DNA of 62,053 bases, counting the filler, from Catajapyx aquilonaris (Eukaryota), in NCBI GenBank assembly GCA_000934665.2. It is 3 parts of 3 records of this genome, joined end to end, with 100 filler letters (N's around TTAATTAATTAA, not from the genome) between each part and the next. Parts side by side here need not be neighbours in the genome. Positions count along the whole stretch, not along the records: positions 20,473 to 41,586 come from JYFJ02006277.1; positions 41,687 to 62,053 come from KZ539509.1; 1 more part is not named here. The stretch is one strand, 5' to 3'. Below the pieces are notes generated by a model. It did not search any database. It was not told the DNA's origin and saw only the letters and a program-made list of their open reading frames with translations. The translations under genes and the position numbers were made by a program. Positions 40,501 to 51,924 of the stretch are shown here, piece by piece (the stretch's first letter is position 1; each line of letters begins with the position of its first letter).

Positions 40501-40881
40501 GTTGTTGATGAAAAACTAATTGATCAAGGTGTCCCGATTGAACTTTGTGGTAGTGAGGCTATGGTGACAAATGAAGCTTTCATTGCTAATGTGAAATTCA
40601 GAAATGGTGATGTGGTTTTGGTTGGATCTTGGGAAAGTTCGACAACATACATGATTATTTGCAATATGATTGTTGTTTCAGGAACTTGTATTTTTAAACT
40701 ATGTCCCCTTGTCATTCAGTTTTACAGCAAACACACTAACTCATATGTAGCGAAAAAGGTTTCTTATGAAGTGTTTGTGAACTCTAATAAGCTTGTCTGT
40801 CCCTGGCCAATGTTGTCATATGTAAAAAGAAAATTACTTCACATTATACCAAGGACTACTCCTTCTTTGCAAGAGAAATAG
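37597..40881 (+). CDS. EnSpm/CACTA transposase, intact; exons 37597-37807 and 38405-40881
   Basis: The 820-aa ORF has a C2H2 finger, DFADG, NDEIELGNAIG, GDALACNNLAGFKESF..CRVC, FDPMHILLEGV and KMHMLVHIP..IKNHGP..HWTMRTEGKN. An upstream Cys-rich exon (GAG G|GTAAGT) joins in frame at CAG|TT. Confidence 0.9.
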
Positions 40882-40986
40882 GAACACATGACTTGCACAT
40901 TGTTTATTCAACGTTATAAACATTAGGTATGTTGTTCTTGTGCACCCTTTTACTGTAAGTCTCATGCACAACCTGTTTCTTTACAG

Positions 40987-41568
40987 ACTTTCCAACCATT
41001 TCCCCTGCCCAGTTTTACAGCAACTCTGGAACCCCTCTTGAAGGGGGCTCCACTCAAGGCAGATGAGTTTTCCAAGTTGAGTTCGCAAATGAAAGACGAA
41101 TTGATAATGTACTTGAAGTAAGTTTAAATTATTTTGTTGAAATTCCATGATAACCAGAATTATTCATTTTTTAATACTTAACACCTCTATATTTTAAGTG
41201 CGGAAGAGCTCATCACGGAAGACAACTCAGCAGTACGCAGGTGGCAATACCACAGACTAGGACGTACTATCGCAGAAAAATTCAATGACATGGTTTGGGA
41301 GGTTCCCAAACCAAGCAGCAAGTCTCAGCGGAAAAAAAACGTTTGGGTAAGAGGGTAACATATATAAGTTATACAATACACTGTCAAGCAATATCTGATA
41401 ATATTATCCCAACAGGCTACCTTCATGTATCGCCTTTCGCAAAGACGAAAGCAGCAAAAATTAAAAAAAGTTAGAACTAAGGAAAATCCCAAGGAAAATC
41501 CTGTAGATCAGGGGAAAGAAGATGAGCCTGCTGTCATGTCCTACGAGGAGGCAGCAAAAGAGTTGCAG
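40987..41568 (+). CDS. Accessory (TnpA-like) protein exons 40987-41117, 41199-41346, 41416-41568; continues into the gap
   Basis: Canonical GT-AG introns with matching phases (2 then 0) give one continuous frame: TFQPFPLPSF..ELIMYLN AEELIT..RRWQYHRLGRTIAEKF..NVW ATFMYRLSQRRK..KELQ. Confidence 0.75.
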
Positions 41569-43693
41569 GTAAATGCGAATATTCAANNNNNNNNNNNNNN
41601 NNNNNNNNNNNNNNNNNNNNNNNNNNNNNNTTAATTAATTAANNNNNNNNNNNNNNNNNNNNNNNNNNNNNNNNNNNNNNNNNNNNGCGTTTCCGGACAC
41701 GGGTGCCTATGTCAAAAATACTTGTATTGGTCCCCTCTATTGCCCCTGAAAGTCTTTGCAGAGTTACAATAAACACCCTGTATAATAATAAATGGCCATA
41801 ATGGGGAAGTAGCCTTCATTTTGGAACCTACATAATAAATTCGCCCATATTTTTTGGATTTTTTTGGCATATTCCGTTTTAAGATATCAGTTTCAGTTCC
41901 GGAGATATTGGCGTTTTTTCGTAGGCAAATGGTGACGTCACTGTTTGCCTCGAAAATGTTGACGTCACGCGAAGTGAAATGAACGCAGAAATGGTGTTAT
42001 AGAACGCGCCCCGTCATTGTTGTAAAATGCTTCGCTGTTGTTAGCAACCGTCCCATTCCGTGAGCAAGATAGCAGCCGGGGCGCGTATTTATTCCAGGTC
42101 GCTCAAGCCGCTTTGTACATGGCAGTGATGCCACCAGGTCGGAATTATCTGTCACCCGAATTCGGCATATGAAGGCCCCCTTTCTCCACCTCGATGGCCT
42201 ACAGCCGCCTTCCGAATGCTTTCCGTCGTGTCCGCGGTTAATTCAAAGTCAAATACCTCATATCTCGCAGTCAACCAGGCATTTCAGCGTACAGTATACG
42301 ACATATAGTTTCATACACCCCGCAAACGAGCTTTATCCTGGCTATCCTAAGCAACCCACACGGCATGATAACAGAACCGAGTCAGCGGCAACAGGGCTTG
42401 GGGGGTGTTGGCCGGCTACGGAACCAGGTGGGGGTCGCTGGGCTGACCTTGCGTACCCCGTAAGCGATAAAGCCTTTTTTTTGATATTTTTTGACTTGCC
42501 CATGCCGGAGGATAAGGAACAACAATTGGCAACAATAAATATAAATAAAAAATTTGCCGCGCGACATTTTTTCGTGAAATGGCCTTCACTCATAATTCGA
42601 AATGTGGCTCCCTCTTTTCAAGACTAAATAATTATATGAAGTAGGCCTATAACCTTCATAAGTATCGCAATGAAGCAGTGCAGTAGGCCTCGGCCTTTTC
42701 ATTATTTTGGGGACAAACGTTTCTTGTCGGCATATAATATTTCGCGTCTTCATTGACTGCATGAACTAATTTCAGCATGAATATTGGAAACAAGACCACG
42801 TGGTATTTAATATTTTACGATGCTTATTAACTAACTTGCTTTTGATCTGGTTACTGATGTTTCAGTTTTATGAAATGCCTTTTTTCCCGAGGTGCATGCT
42901 TCCCCAAATTGGCTAATCCGTAGTACGCGGTGTGGAAATAATGAATGAATGAAATAGGCAGAAAATGAAAAAGCAACTCACCCTGCTTGAAAGATCGTTG
43001 TGGTTTCATTGCTTCATGTGCTGCTTCCGGTGTCCCGAGAGAGAGGGAAGCAAATTGAATCCCAAAGTAAATACTATAACATTGCCTTCGTTAGCACAAA
43101 TTTTGTTGGCATTTACAGACATGTCCTGTATAGTATTTGAGAGTGTCTTGCCCTGCTGCTTTTACTGTCAGCTTTTGTGTGTGGGCATCCCAGTAGTCTT
43201 CATTTTACTTCCTCAGAAGTATCGTGTCAGACCTATAGAATTGCACCATCATGGAACCATGGAATGGGTGCTCAATATCTTGTTCGTTTATGCCGAATAA
43301 TCCCGTGTCCATTCACACCGCCAAAATTCGCGCAGGTTTAAGGGTAGGTCAAGGGACGAATAATTACGTCCGGGGGATATTTCTGGCTAATATATAGTTT
43401 TAGACAGGGGATCTGTAAAATTATCATTTGAGTACAATGCCGGGGTGAAAAAATGTTAACAGAAGAAAACAATTGAAAATAATCCAGCTGTGGCTCCAGA
43501 CGGGCTTCGAACCCCTGAGGCATCCAGGCTTTGCTGGCATTCGCTCTTGTTTGATGGGTTCTTATCATTCAAATGACTCCCCCCTCCCCCTTCCCACGCT
43601 CCTTTTAAATGTATTAATTAGTTAATTGCAGCAGCACACAATCAGCACACAAAAGCAAACAGAATGCTTCCTAAGTTCAATGATATCTTATTC

Positions 43694-44892
43694 GTTCGGA
43701 GCGGGCTCCGGAGCGGGTTCGGAGCGGTTCAAAGCTTGGTTACGTACAACATACCAACCTAACAGGAGGAAAGGCAGTAAAACCGATGGATTTACTCCAG
43801 AGTATGCATCATGTTTTCATGGTGGGAGAATGACATTTCCAAGCACCCGCGATACAGGGTGTACAGCAAATGTCACATTTTCATGTCATGCGCATTTTGG
43901 TATGCTACAATATGTCATACGCATTTATTGGATGCCACAACATCTCATATACGCATTTTTGAATGCCACAATATCTCATACCCATTTATTGAATGTCACA
44001 ATATCTCATACGCATTTATGTAACTATGCTACAATATGTCATACGCATATTTGTAGGCTACAATAATTATGTCATGCGCATTTTTCGACCCAATTTTTGG
44101 ATGTCACATTCTCATGTCATACGCATTTTTGTATGCTACATTCTCATGTCATACGCATTTTTTGTATGTTACAATAATATGATATTGTAACATACAAAAA
44201 ATGCGTCAGACATGAAAATGTGACATCCCAAACAATGGGTATGAGATATTGTGGCATACAAAAATGCGTATGACATATTGTAGCATTCAAAAATGCGTAC
44301 GACAAAATCCCTATCCTTACCCCATGTCCTTTCATCCTTGCACCGGAGTTAGAAGAAAAAGCAGAAAATTGCAGGAAAAATTGTGGTATTCCACTCCCCT
44401 ATAAGGACCCATGGCCCTATCACGGGGTAACGTAAATAAAATAAAAATGCGTATAACATATTGTAGCATACAAAAATGCGTATGACATGAGAATGTGACA
44501 TTTGCGGTACACCCTGTATCGCGGGTGCTTGGAAATGTCATTCTCCCACCATGAAAACTTGATGCATACTCTGGAGTAAATCCATCGGTTTTACTGCCTT
44601 TCCTTCTGTTAGGTTGGTATGTTGTACTTAACAGAGCTATGAACCGCTCCGAACCCGCTCCGAACCCCGCCCCGAACCCCGCTCCGAACCCCGCTCCTGA
44701 ACCGGGTTCAACTCCGGAGCCGTTCGCTCCGAACCCGCTCCGACCTTGGCTCCACTCCACTCCACTCCACTCAACCGGCTTGAACCCGAACCCCGTTCCG
44801 ACGCTCGCTCCGGACTCCGACTCTACTGCTCCGGAGCGGGTTCGCTGTTATCGGGTTCACGGAGCAAGGGTTCAGTTCGGTTCACAACCCTG
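43694..44892. repeat. Foldback/composite repeat: ~230-bp inverted arms, ~27-bp tandem arrays, (GGAGCGGGTTC)-type repeats
   Basis: 43694-43927 and about 44444-44680 are reverse complements. Internal TGCTACAATATGTCATACGCATTTTT units occur in both orientations, and a CACAACCCTG terminus lies at 44892. Confidence 0.75.
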
Positions 44893-45757
44893 CGAAATTT
44901 GTCAAAATTTGATATTTTAATTAGGGCCTGCATAAGTTTTTTTTGTGTGTTGCCCAGTGTGTGTATTGTGTGTTTGGTCACATTTGGCCATCTTGGGTAC
45001 ATCCGTGGGTATGGCGCTAAAGGCTAAGCGCACACGGAAAGGGGAGGAGTGTCCAGGAGACCCGTCAGACAGTGATGGGAAGTGTGGACCGTGTAGTCTG
45101 TAGAGGTAGTCAATCATCTAGTCAGGTGAAGCTGCAGTCGTCGGAAGAGATTCAAATTCCCAACGAAAGGGCGCGACACTTGCTGGAGGTAGCTGGAGGC
45201 TCAAGCTGCAGCGCTCCCATGCAGCACGCTATCCAAACAACTTGAAGTTCATTCCACCCAGAGATGGCGCCACATATATTGCCTCATTTTGCCGCATAAA
45301 TGCAATTAAATCTTGACATTCGTCATTAATTGTGGTGCAATTTTTCACCAAAATGTTTATTCACAGCTTCCTGACTACTAGTTAATTACTAAATCGCGTG
45401 TTTAATGAGGCATTAAATGACAGGGTCCTATCAAACCCAACCCTGTTCCGTTCTGGCTTGACCTTGCCTTCTAGGCAAGGTCCCCTTTACGTATGTATTG
45501 CAGATTTTTCCGCATATGGGCATACGTATATACTTCATTTCGTAATTTTTGTAGGATAGGGGCGGTCAAATGACCACCCCGCCATAAACAATCAAAAGAC
45601 AAAGAGCATTATTGCTCGCTACCCTGAACCACCCTGGCCATCAGAGCCGGCGCCTCGAGGGGCGTCCTCTTCGGCTTGTGACCTTCTTAAAATTTAAATG
45701 TACGAATGTTTTAATATTAATGTGTATTTTCGACGTTCATTAACAAATGGTGGTTTT

Positions 45758-45955
45758 CCCGTAAGAAAATTGCGGAAGTTTTTTTCTCGTCGGTTCTATA
45801 TGTTTTTGGTGGTGCTGAATCCGGATTTCAAGTTTGCTGCCTTGTAGGAGGTCGGCTTCACAACGGAAAACGTAAAAAACCGCAAAGATTTCGCACTTTT
45901 TTCAGTTTTTAGCTCATCTCTCGAAGGCTATGGGTTTTTCGAAGATGACTCGAAG
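45758..45955. repeat. Dispersed repeat; inverted copy at 52565-52761
   Basis: About 200 bp shared in opposite orientation, e.g. TTGCTGCCTTGTAGGAGGTCGGCTTCACAACGGAAAACG. Confidence 0.8.
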
Positions 45956-46887
45956 GTCCAGGTGAAGGGTCTAGTGCCCAAGAAACATTGCCTGGGCCAC
46001 CAACAACCAAACGGAGACGACTAAAATAACTGCGCACATGACATCAGGTATTTCTTCATACATCGATACTTCACTAGATACAACTTATGTTATAACCATG
46101 TTGTAATACTAAATGCCTTCTTTCTTTTCCAGATGGAGAACCTACTCGAAGTTGATGACCCAATCCTGGGCTCGACTTTCACTCATTTCATGACACATGT
46201 ACTATCGGGTTCAAATACTTTTGGCCACTTTATCCTGGTCTTGAAGGAACCCGTCTCACACACTCACCTCCGTAACGTGGGGTCTGTGCGAAGGGTTGCT
46301 TCAAGACCAGGATAAAGTGGCAAAAAGTATATATACAGTATATACAGATTTCATATTCAGCTTATTTATATTCAGTGTCATGTACCTAATATGTTGTAAA
46401 TATAATTTGTTAATGTTTTCATCAAACATGCTTTGCCATCTGAGGAGTGACCAATCAAAACGCAACAAACGCCAACAAAGCCATTTCGAGATATTCAACA
46501 AAAACCGATTGCTCCCAAATGGAATGTGACCAAGAAACAAAATGTGCAGTACATTATGCCCATATGCAGAGGTGGCTAATGGTGTATGTTAATGAAATCA
46601 GGAATTGTCTAGTCACGAGAAAAAAATTAATCAAAATTTGACTTATTGCGTTTTGATTGGACACATGTGTCAGATGTTGCGTTTTGATCGATAATTATCA
46701 TTGGCCGTATTATTAAACTGTGATAAATTCTTAGTTTCTTCTATCAGCAGGAACCATGATACCATATCCTTGACACTAATTATTATCTAAACACAATGCT
46801 AATCATGAGAACATTATTAGCTATTTTTAAATTTTTTTATTGCTTATACACCCTTCGGGGTTGGAGCGAGTCGATGAGAACAACACG

Positions 46888-47137
46888 CACCCGGCAATAA
46901 CAGGGGCACAAGTCCAAAAAGTCAATTTCACAGGAGAGCACTTTGAAAGTTGTATAGTGTTGGTATAGTGTTATCATAAATCAGGTATTGATGCAGCATT
47001 CGAATAATCAGAATTATTAATTATTTTTTTTAAAAATCAGAATATGCATTCTGAATGTGCACACGGTCATGGACCCTGCTCTAGTAATAAGTCAAAATCG
47101 TCATTGTTGGACTTGTGCCCCTGTTATTGCCGGGATG
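46888..47137. mobile_element. MITE with CAC end and 2-bp CG TSD (EnSpm-like)
   Basis: CACCCGGCAATAACAGGGGCACAAGTCCAA / TTGGACTTGTGCCCCTGTTATTGCCGGGATG, with CG on both sides. Confidence 0.7.
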
Positions 47138-47435
47138 CGAACATACGTACTATTTTTATTATTATTATTTTATTTATTTACCCCCATTACCAGGGACTCA
47201 GCCCTCTAAGGGGGACACATCTCTGTGCTACATCTTATACACTTCTTAATATTTAAATACAGAACAGTGGTACAAAATTGACCTAACCTTTTTTTTTCTT
47301 TTTTTTTTAACCACAGTTAATTACCTGAGTGGCTTAACAGGCACCAACCGAAAAGCTAGGAGAAAATAATAAAAAAGAGCAAAAGGGAGGAAAGGAAAAC
47401 AAAATATGTATGTATATATAATGTAAAATAAATCC

Positions 47436-50400
47436 TTAGACATATAACCCGATTCTTTTAGCGACATTTTCCAGAAAGTTGTAAACATTGTACGCCATAT
47501 TCTTGGGGAGCTGGTCAAACAATAGGTGAAAATTATCAGGCGGCATAGTTGGGAAAATTTCCAGGAATTGTTGTCGGGGAGTTTGGAAGCTAGGACACAC
47601 AAAGAAAACATGGTGGGGAGAAAAGGATTCACCGACGTTGCACCAGTCACAATCATTGTCATAGTCGAACTGAATTTGATAACCTGAAAAGTACAATTTC
47701 AGCGACCTGTGACGTAAATTTGCTATCATGCGAGTGATTCTAATGGGAGTGAGGTAGAGTAGGTAATATGCCGGAGTAGCCGACGGGCTTATATCTCTGT
47801 AACGAGCATATCTCTCAGATGTTGATAGCGCCTGCACACTTCGATTCATCAACAATTCCGAGTACTTTTGCACTAACATTGGGATAGTTGAATCCAACTC
47901 GTCCCAGGTTAGAATCCCCACCTGCGATAACAAAGTTCGTGCACCAGTAACCCAGTTTACGCTGTGTGGCGCAGATTCGGCATCCCTCACCGCGGAGTTA
48001 AAGGCAATTTTCATTAATCTATCATCCGGCAATTTCTGCATCTTCACTATAAACTTGCATACGGATTTAAAATAACCAAGTGAGAGTGGAGGCTCGCCCG
48101 TTTCTAAGTGCAAAAAATACTGGGCTGTATTTCGAGGCAAGTATAAAAACTTCTTGATAAAATAGTTCTGCACTTGCTCGATGACACTTACCTGCGTCAA
48201 ACCCCATACCTGGGCTCCGTAGAAAAGAATAGGTACAATTTGAGCTCTGAATAGTTTGAAAGCAGATTGAATATCCCTGACCTTGAGTCGTAATAATACC
48301 GTCCATAATCCGTTGATTGCCATCAGAGCTTTGGTTTTAAAGTGCTTGCTGGCCTGTGAAAACTTGCCCGTTGACGTGAATGGTACTCCCAGGTAAACAT
48401 ATTTCTTCGACCACTCCAATGGTGCACCTTCCCAATAAAATGTGAGTTTCGAGGCAACTCCCGCTTTTTTAAAGCACATGGCCTTAGTTTTAGTTAGATT
48501 TATCGTCAACTGATTTTCCCGAAAATAGTTTGCCAGTGTCGCAAGGTTCTTCTGCATATATGTGGGATTGTCCGAAAAAATAATAATATCATCAGCGTAA
48601 GATAAGGAGATTACCTCCTGGGTGTTGGGTCCAAAATTTACTCCAGGTGCACCCTTAGTTTGCAGGCTCTCCTCCAAATCTGAGAGATACAGGTTGAACA
48701 ATATTGGGCTGAGGGGTTCACCCTGCGGTAACCCAACCGTTAGCCCTTGAGATTGGGTAGAATCATGATCTGCAATCATAGCAAATTTCATATAGAAATC
48801 CCGTATGAGTGCAATAAAGTTAGGGCTGATCCCAAAGCTGGCCATCTTTTCAAATAAACTGCTGTGTGGTACGGAGTCAAAAGCTTTTGAGAGATCTATA
48901 AAAACAGCATATAGTTTACCTTTTGACTTCCCTACGTACCTCTGAATCAAGGCTAAAAGGGTGAACAGGTGATCGTGACAGCCCCTGCCCGCCCTAAAGC
49001 CTGCCTGAGTCTCCGATAGACGATTCTTCACATCCATCCATCTAGTTAACCTGGCCGTGAGTATAGATGTAAACAATTTCAATACATTGTTGACTAAAGT
49101 AATAGGACGGAAATTAGCCGGATTGTTCGGGTCCCCTGCTTTGTAAATCGGAATCACCCGGGCCTTCGCCCACTCTCTTGGTATCGATGTCTGCTCCAAA
49201 CATTTATTGAATTGAGTTATTAGGGCCAAACGGAAATTTTCCGATTTTAATTTTAACACAGCGTTCAGGATCAGGTCCGGTCCAGCCGATGATTTTGATT
49301 TGAGTCTAGAGCAAGCTATATTCAGTTCGGTCATGACAATCGGTACATCCAGTATTGGATCGGCCGGGATAAGGCTAATATGATGGGAAGGTATAAACAA
49401 ATAGGGGGGCGAGGTCAAAGCATCGGGTGCACGTTGGCAAAGATAATTCCACCAAACACCCAAATCCAATCTCTGAGGAGTACTGGCGTTCCTAAACCTC
49501 TGGACTGTTTTCCAAAAGATCGTCGGGTTAGATGAATGTAACAGATCGGTTACTGTCGTACTAAAAAATTTCCTCTTTTTTGCTTTACAGAGATTACGAT
49601 AAAGTTTCCTGCCCAAAATATATCTAGTCCCGTCAACCTCCACCCCAGAATCCTTCCACAAGACCAGAAGATTTTTCAAGTCCCTCTTGGACTTGTTCAG
49701 TTCCCCATCAAACCATAATGGACGATTAATTCTGGTATGAGCCGGGGAGGGGGAAGTCGGGATGTAATGAAAGCCATATTCTGCTAACAGCTCAGAGATC
49801 TTCAAATAGAAATGAGTAGCAGCATCCTCAATAGTTCCGTCCTCCAACGGCAACAAACTCAATGAGTCCAATTCCGGTATCAAAAAATCAAACCCACCCT
49901 CTGGTATTGTCAAACGTTTCCTGGGTAGAACCGTAGTTACAACCGACTGTGAACACTTTGGGAAGGTTGCGTAAATGGGGAGATGGTCCGATACTATGGA
50001 CGGGTAAACTACAAAATCTAGACAACGGTTCATCATTTCCTGGGAAACAAACATATAGTCAATAGTACTTTGCCCCTGTCCCCCCACAAATGTGAACCCA
50101 CTGGGAGAATCTGAAGGGCGGGAACCATTTAGTATGAGCAGATTCCACTTCACTAAAAAGGCTAAGAGCTTTCTACCTTTCAAATTAAATTTCCCATCCC
50201 GTGCGACAACCTCCAACAACGGATAGGGCAGGGCCCCTGAATTATGCACTTGCGCCTCGTTTGCAATCCTGGCATTGAAATCTCCCATTAAGACTATACT
50301 AGAGTCCTCAACCCCACAACCAGAGATTAATTTACCCAACGAGTCCAGCATCGTGTCAAAGTCCAACGCAGGGGTCAGGTATACAAGCACCAGTAATATC

Positions 50401-50711
50401 GGAGAAAAAAACAAAGGCCATTGCAAGGTGACCGCAATATAATAAGGTTCCACTGACACAAGTTTAGGATTACATAATGAATTTACAAAAAGGGACAAAC
50501 CCCCGGAGGGGCGTCCCATACTGGCCCTTCTCACCGCCGGACTATGAAACCCTGTATATTTCGGTAACACAAAAGGAGAAACCTTAATAGCCTCCACCCA
50601 CGTCTCTAACAGTCCCACAACAAGTGGGTCAGCAACCATCGATAAAATGTCCGACACCGCTCCTGCTATTTCACCCGCGATGTTCCATGAAATCAAAATG
50701 TCAGACCCCAT
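47436..50711 (-). CDS. LINE ORF2: AP endonuclease, reverse transcriptase and C-terminal CCHC-like motif
   Basis: Endonuclease motifs ISWNI, LETW, MGDFNAR, TIDY, SDHLP. RT motifs FRPITL, QAGFRAGR, FIDLSKAFDSV, GLPQGEPLSP, YADD, YLG. PILFYGAQVWG and CDWC..HVFFVC support the RTE-X-like call. Confidence 0.96.
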   Translation of the reverse strand: MGSDILISWNIAGEIAGAVSDILSMVADPLVVGLLETWVEAIKVSPFVLPKYTGFHSPAVRRASMGRPSGGLSLFVNSLCNPKLVSVEPYYIAVTLQWPLFFSPILLVLVYLTPALDFDTMLDSLGKLISGCGVEDSSIVLMGDFNARIANEAQVHNSGALPYPLLEVVARDGKFNLKGRKLLAFLVKWNLLILNGSRPSDSPSGFTFVGGQGQSTIDYMFVSQEMMNRCLDFVVYPSIVSDHLPIYATFPKCSQSVVTTVLPRKRLTIPEGGFDFLIPELDSLSLLPLEDGTIEDAATHFYLKISELLAEYGFHYIPTSPSPAHTRINRPLWFDGELNKSKRDLKNLLVLWKDSGVEVDGTRYILGRKLYRNLCKAKKRKFFSTTVTDLLHSSNPTIFWKTVQRFRNASTPQRLDLGVWWNYLCQRAPDALTSPPYLFIPSHHISLIPADPILDVPIVMTELNIACSRLKSKSSAGPDLILNAVLKLKSENFRLALITQFNKCLEQTSIPREWAKARVIPIYKAGDPNNPANFRPITLVNNVLKLFTSILTARLTRWMDVKNRLSETQAGFRAGRGCHDHLFTLLALIQRYVGKSKGKLYAVFIDLSKAFDSVPHSSLFEKMASFGISPNFIALIRDFYMKFAMIADHDSTQSQGLTVGLPQGEPLSPILFNLYLSDLEESLQTKGAPGVNFGPNTQEVISLSYADDIIIFSDNPTYMQKNLATLANYFRENQLTINLTKTKAMCFKKAGVASKLTFYWEGAPLEWSKKYVYLGVPFTSTGKFSQASKHFKTKALMAINGLWTVLLRLKVRDIQSAFKLFRAQIVPILFYGAQVWGLTQVSVIEQVQNYFIKKFLYLPRNTAQYFLHLETGEPPLSLGYFKSVCKFIVKMQKLPDDRLMKIAFNSAVRDAESAPHSVNWVTGARTLLSQVGILTWDELDSTIPMLVQKYSELLMNRSVQALSTSERYARYRDISPSATPAYYLLYLTPIRITRMIANLRHRSLKLYFSGYQIQFDYDNDCDWCNVGESFSPHHVFFVCPSFQTPRQQFLEIFPTMPPDNFHLLFDQLPKNMAYNVYNFLENVAKRIGLYV

Positions 50712-51087
50712 CACACCACTGACTGGTCACCTTTTCTTGGTTTGGTTCCAATCCACCAACCTCCGAAGAGCAACCGGTATTACGCACCCTCGATGTGGAA
50801 AAGGTAGGGGCCGAAAACCAATCCCCAACACCCCCTTCACCCCCACCGTCGGACACCAATAAACAATCTTGCGACACCTCAACCGAGCTTGGGCACCCAT
50901 TTGCACCTTCACTCAATACACTTGAAAAAAAAGCACTTTCCACCACCGGTAACTGAGAGACAGCGTTGGCATCCGCGGTCTGCCTAAAGTCAGCATGCAA
51001 CGGTACCACCAACTTACGCTGCTCCCCTTCCCCACACGTGTAGAAACCAATGTTGTCTCCGTCTTCTCTAAGTAACAAATCAGCATT

Positions 51088-51924
51088 TCACTGAAGGCTC
51101 GCTTCCTTCGAAGCAAGTGATTTGTTGGGTTTCCTTTGTGGCGGCTGGTCATTTGGAGACGTCGATGGTGGCCTCTTGTTTGACTTCTGATGCGTCTGAT
51201 CCGACGTCAGATTGGAGGTTTGGTGCAAGTCTCCAAACTCCGCTGGTCCGGCTTGCATCTCCTCCAACGTGAAGAGCTTTCCGTCTACTTTTATCTTCTC
51301 ACGCCGCAACGATGCTTTGTGCCCCATTTCACGTAGCAACTTCAGAAATGGGATCAACCCTCGCCTTCTCGCACGTGTCTCATTTGAAAAATCTTCGGAG
51401 ACGGAAATCGAGGATTGTTTTAGCTTGAAGGCATTGCGCAGTATGGCATCTTTGTCTTTATAAAAAGACAGCATCATTATGGCAGGTCTGGTCCTCCCGG
51501 AGCGGTACCGCCCCAGCCTGTGACACCTCTCGACCGGAAAGTTCGGGTTCGGCGGGATTACCCCGTGTTTGGCCAACGTCTTCAACACCAACACCTCCGT
51601 CTCGTCCCAACCCTCCTCAGCATCTTGAAGACCGAAAATCACTACGTTGTTCCTCCTCCCGCGATCTTCTAGGTCTATCAGCTTATTTTCAAGCTCCGAG
51701 ATACGTTCATGAGTTGTTGTTAACTTGCCAGTCAACTCCTGCACCTCGATCTGGAGCTCCTCCACTAATTTGGCTTGAGCGGCCAAACCTTCCGTCATGA
51801 CCTTGGTTAGGGTGTCCGTAATTGCCTCCGAGGTCGTCTTCAAACCATCCTGGAACCTCTTTTCCATCCTCCGTTCCAGATTCCCCAGCAAGTCCGACAT
51901 CTCCGCCTTGGTCAGCCCCCCCAT
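51088..51924 (-). CDS. LINE ORF1 (coiled coil plus L1-type RRM/CTD)
   Basis: Coiled coil followed by LEDRGRRNNVVIFGL, ERCHRLG, RPAIMML and SEDFSNETRARR. Confidence 0.92.
   Translation of the reverse strand: MGGLTKAEMSDLLGNLERRMEKRFQDGLKTTSEAITDTLTKVMTEGLAAQAKLVEELQIEVQELTGKLTTTHERISELENKLIDLEDRGRRNNVVIFGLQDAEEGWDETEVLVLKTLAKHGVIPPNPNFPVERCHRLGRYRSGRTRPAIMMLSFYKDKDAILRNAFKLKQSSISVSEDFSNETRARRRGLIPFLKLLREMGHKASLRREKIKVDGKLFTLEEMQAGPAEFGDLHQTSNLTSDQTHQKSNKRPPSTSPNDQPPQRKPNKSLASKEASLQ

Larger units (their letters stand above)
37103..41586 (+). mobile_element. EnSpm/CACTA (CMC) transposon; 3' end lost in the gap
   Basis: Begins CACTC, followed by direct and inverted subterminal repeats TTCCACTTA/TAAGTGGAA (37115-37310). 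It encodes an intact transposase and downstream exons. Confidence 0.85.

Noticed and set aside
43490..43555. B-box-like GGTTCGAAGCCC on the minus strand
   Set aside because: No cloverleaf or clear A box; at most a SINE-head remnant.
43900..44300. Regularly spaced ~27-bp repeats resembling a CRISPR array
   Set aside because: They are head-to-tail degenerate tandem repeats without unique spacers, in a eukaryotic context with no cas genes.
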